This document shows positions 62,715-64,000 of a DNA stretch of 64,000 bases, piece after piece. Made by a program: the position numbers and the translations under genes. Below the pieces are notes generated by a model. It searched no databases. It worked only from the letters and a program-made list of their open reading frames with translations, and had not been told where the DNA came from. The stretch covers positions 398,457,195 to 398,521,194 of the forward strand of contig NC_058133.1 of NCBI RefSeq assembly GCF_016433145.1, read 5' to 3'. How positions within the stretch are numbered: the first letter of the stretch is position 1; every line of letters starts with the position of its first letter. Source of the stretch: Gracilinanus agilis (Eukaryota).

Positions 62715-64000
62715 AGGGCTCATGTTACTACTAGTAATGGGCTTATATTCAAATATCTGTCTGGGTACTTGAAGTCAATGGAAATGGTCTGTGAGTAACA
62801 GAGAACAGCATTTGGCATTGCATAGCTAAGAGAGGAGCAAATGCTTAAATACTTGTTCTGCTTATGAATCCGTAGTTGAAATGTTTGCTAGTCATCCAGC
62901 TGCATCCTGGAGTCTGGCAAATATCATTCCAGAGGCTCTTTTTTATCTTTTTTTTTTTCTCCAAGTTTTCTTGGCCTTTCTTTATTCAGGTATACATTTC
63001 ATGCTTCCAGGTTTTGCATTCCCCTTCTCCCCTTCATGCCTATTTGAGTTAGATATTTTCTTCTTTAGCCATGTCACTGCTTGATTATTTAAAGAGGTGA
63101 CCTTGGTAGATCCAGTACAAAATCAGCATTATAACCCTTTTGCTCCTGTGGCCTATAAAATTATCTTAAAAGTTTTAAACTTTTTTGAGAGAAAGAAGTA
63201 CAGTGAAACAGTCCATATTTTTAGATCTTATTTGTAAGCTATAATAGAGTTCATGATTAAGAGTTAATTTTCACATTTGAAAATTTTATATGAATCAGAT
63301 TCATTTTTTAAAATGAAGAAATATCTACATTATATAAAAGACGTAAAAATCACATAGAACATGCAATGAGAATTGTACTTGACATTATATCTACCACAGT
63401 CATGTTTTGTAGACAAAAACAGCTAGGAAAAAAGTCTTTATTTCCTTTTTCACATTTTTCCTGTCTATTTTTAGATAACCAGAACCATGACCCATGACCC
63501 AGCTAGTCCATTTTGTTTTGTAAGGTGGCTACATCTTTGTTAAAAACTGCAGCGTGTTCCCAGCCTCATCTCCACTCCACCTGTTCATTTGACATTGTTG
63601 ACCAAGTAGTAGTGACTTTGGGTGACACTGGGCTTGGCTGACTTGGATTTGGCAGCTGGTAAGGGGTTTTATTACTTGTCCTCTGAGTCATTTCTTCCCT
63701 AGCTCCTTTTTTATTTTTGCCAAGACTTTGAATAAACAAGACATCCATGGCTTTATATGTCAGTGGTCATGTAATTATAAGTCTTTTACGTGACTCAGTT
63801 ACTGCTTTGTGGTTTAATTTTATTATTTTCCTTTTGGGGTGTGTGTGAGGTAAGATTTAGCATCAAAAATAAATATGTGTGCTTTGAGTGCAAAACTCCT
63901 CTGCCATGCACCATTACAGTGAATGAAGAACAACTAAATGTGATATAATTTTCCCATCCTGAATATTTTCAAGCAGAGACTGGATGGTTATTGCTCCAGG

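Noticed and set aside
62864-62915. SECIS-like ATGA...AAA...GA downstream of the internal TGA at 62490
   Set aside because: The helix adjoining the putative non-Watson-Crick quartet does not pair by eye
63395-63421. RSS-like CACAGTC, 11-nt spacer, ACAAAAACA
   Set aside because: One mismatch in each element, off-length spacer and no adjacent V, D or J segment; at most a cryptic RSS
1-64000. CRISPR arrays, rRNA, tRNA, snRNA genes, NUMTs, Rsx-like tandem repeat arrays
   Set aside because: None seen; the DNA is mammalian and tRNA-like motifs are SINE heads

Overview
AT-rich, CpG-depleted, repeat-dense marsupial genomic DNA, most likely opossum (Monodelphis-like). The evidence is repeated SINE1_Mdo-type SINEs, MAR1-type SINEs (MIR core plus RTE tail), marsupial L1 and RTE remnants, and mammal-wide MIR, L2, L3 and Charlie elements. 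There are three assembly gaps. I cannot name any gene with confidence, and nearly all ORFs in the supplied track are noise, repeat-derived or N-gap artefacts. The best non-repeat candidates are: a coding-like terminal exon at 2422-2565 (+), a CpG-richer promoter-like island at about 23.9-24.7 kb, a cluster of plus-strand splice-competent small exons at 38-42 kb, and a 124-codon frame with one internal TGA at 62343-62714 (+). Notable mobile-element structures are two hAT MITEs (one with an 8-bp TSD inside an L1), a solo LTR with a 5-bp TSD inside an L1, two about 3 kb L1s lacking most of ORF2, and old local duplications at 14.3/15.1 kb and 28.6/29.8 kb. I found no CRISPR, rRNA or tRNA genes and no convincing novel system. 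Repeat family names come from recalled consensus resemblance, not a database search, and repeat boundaries are approximate.
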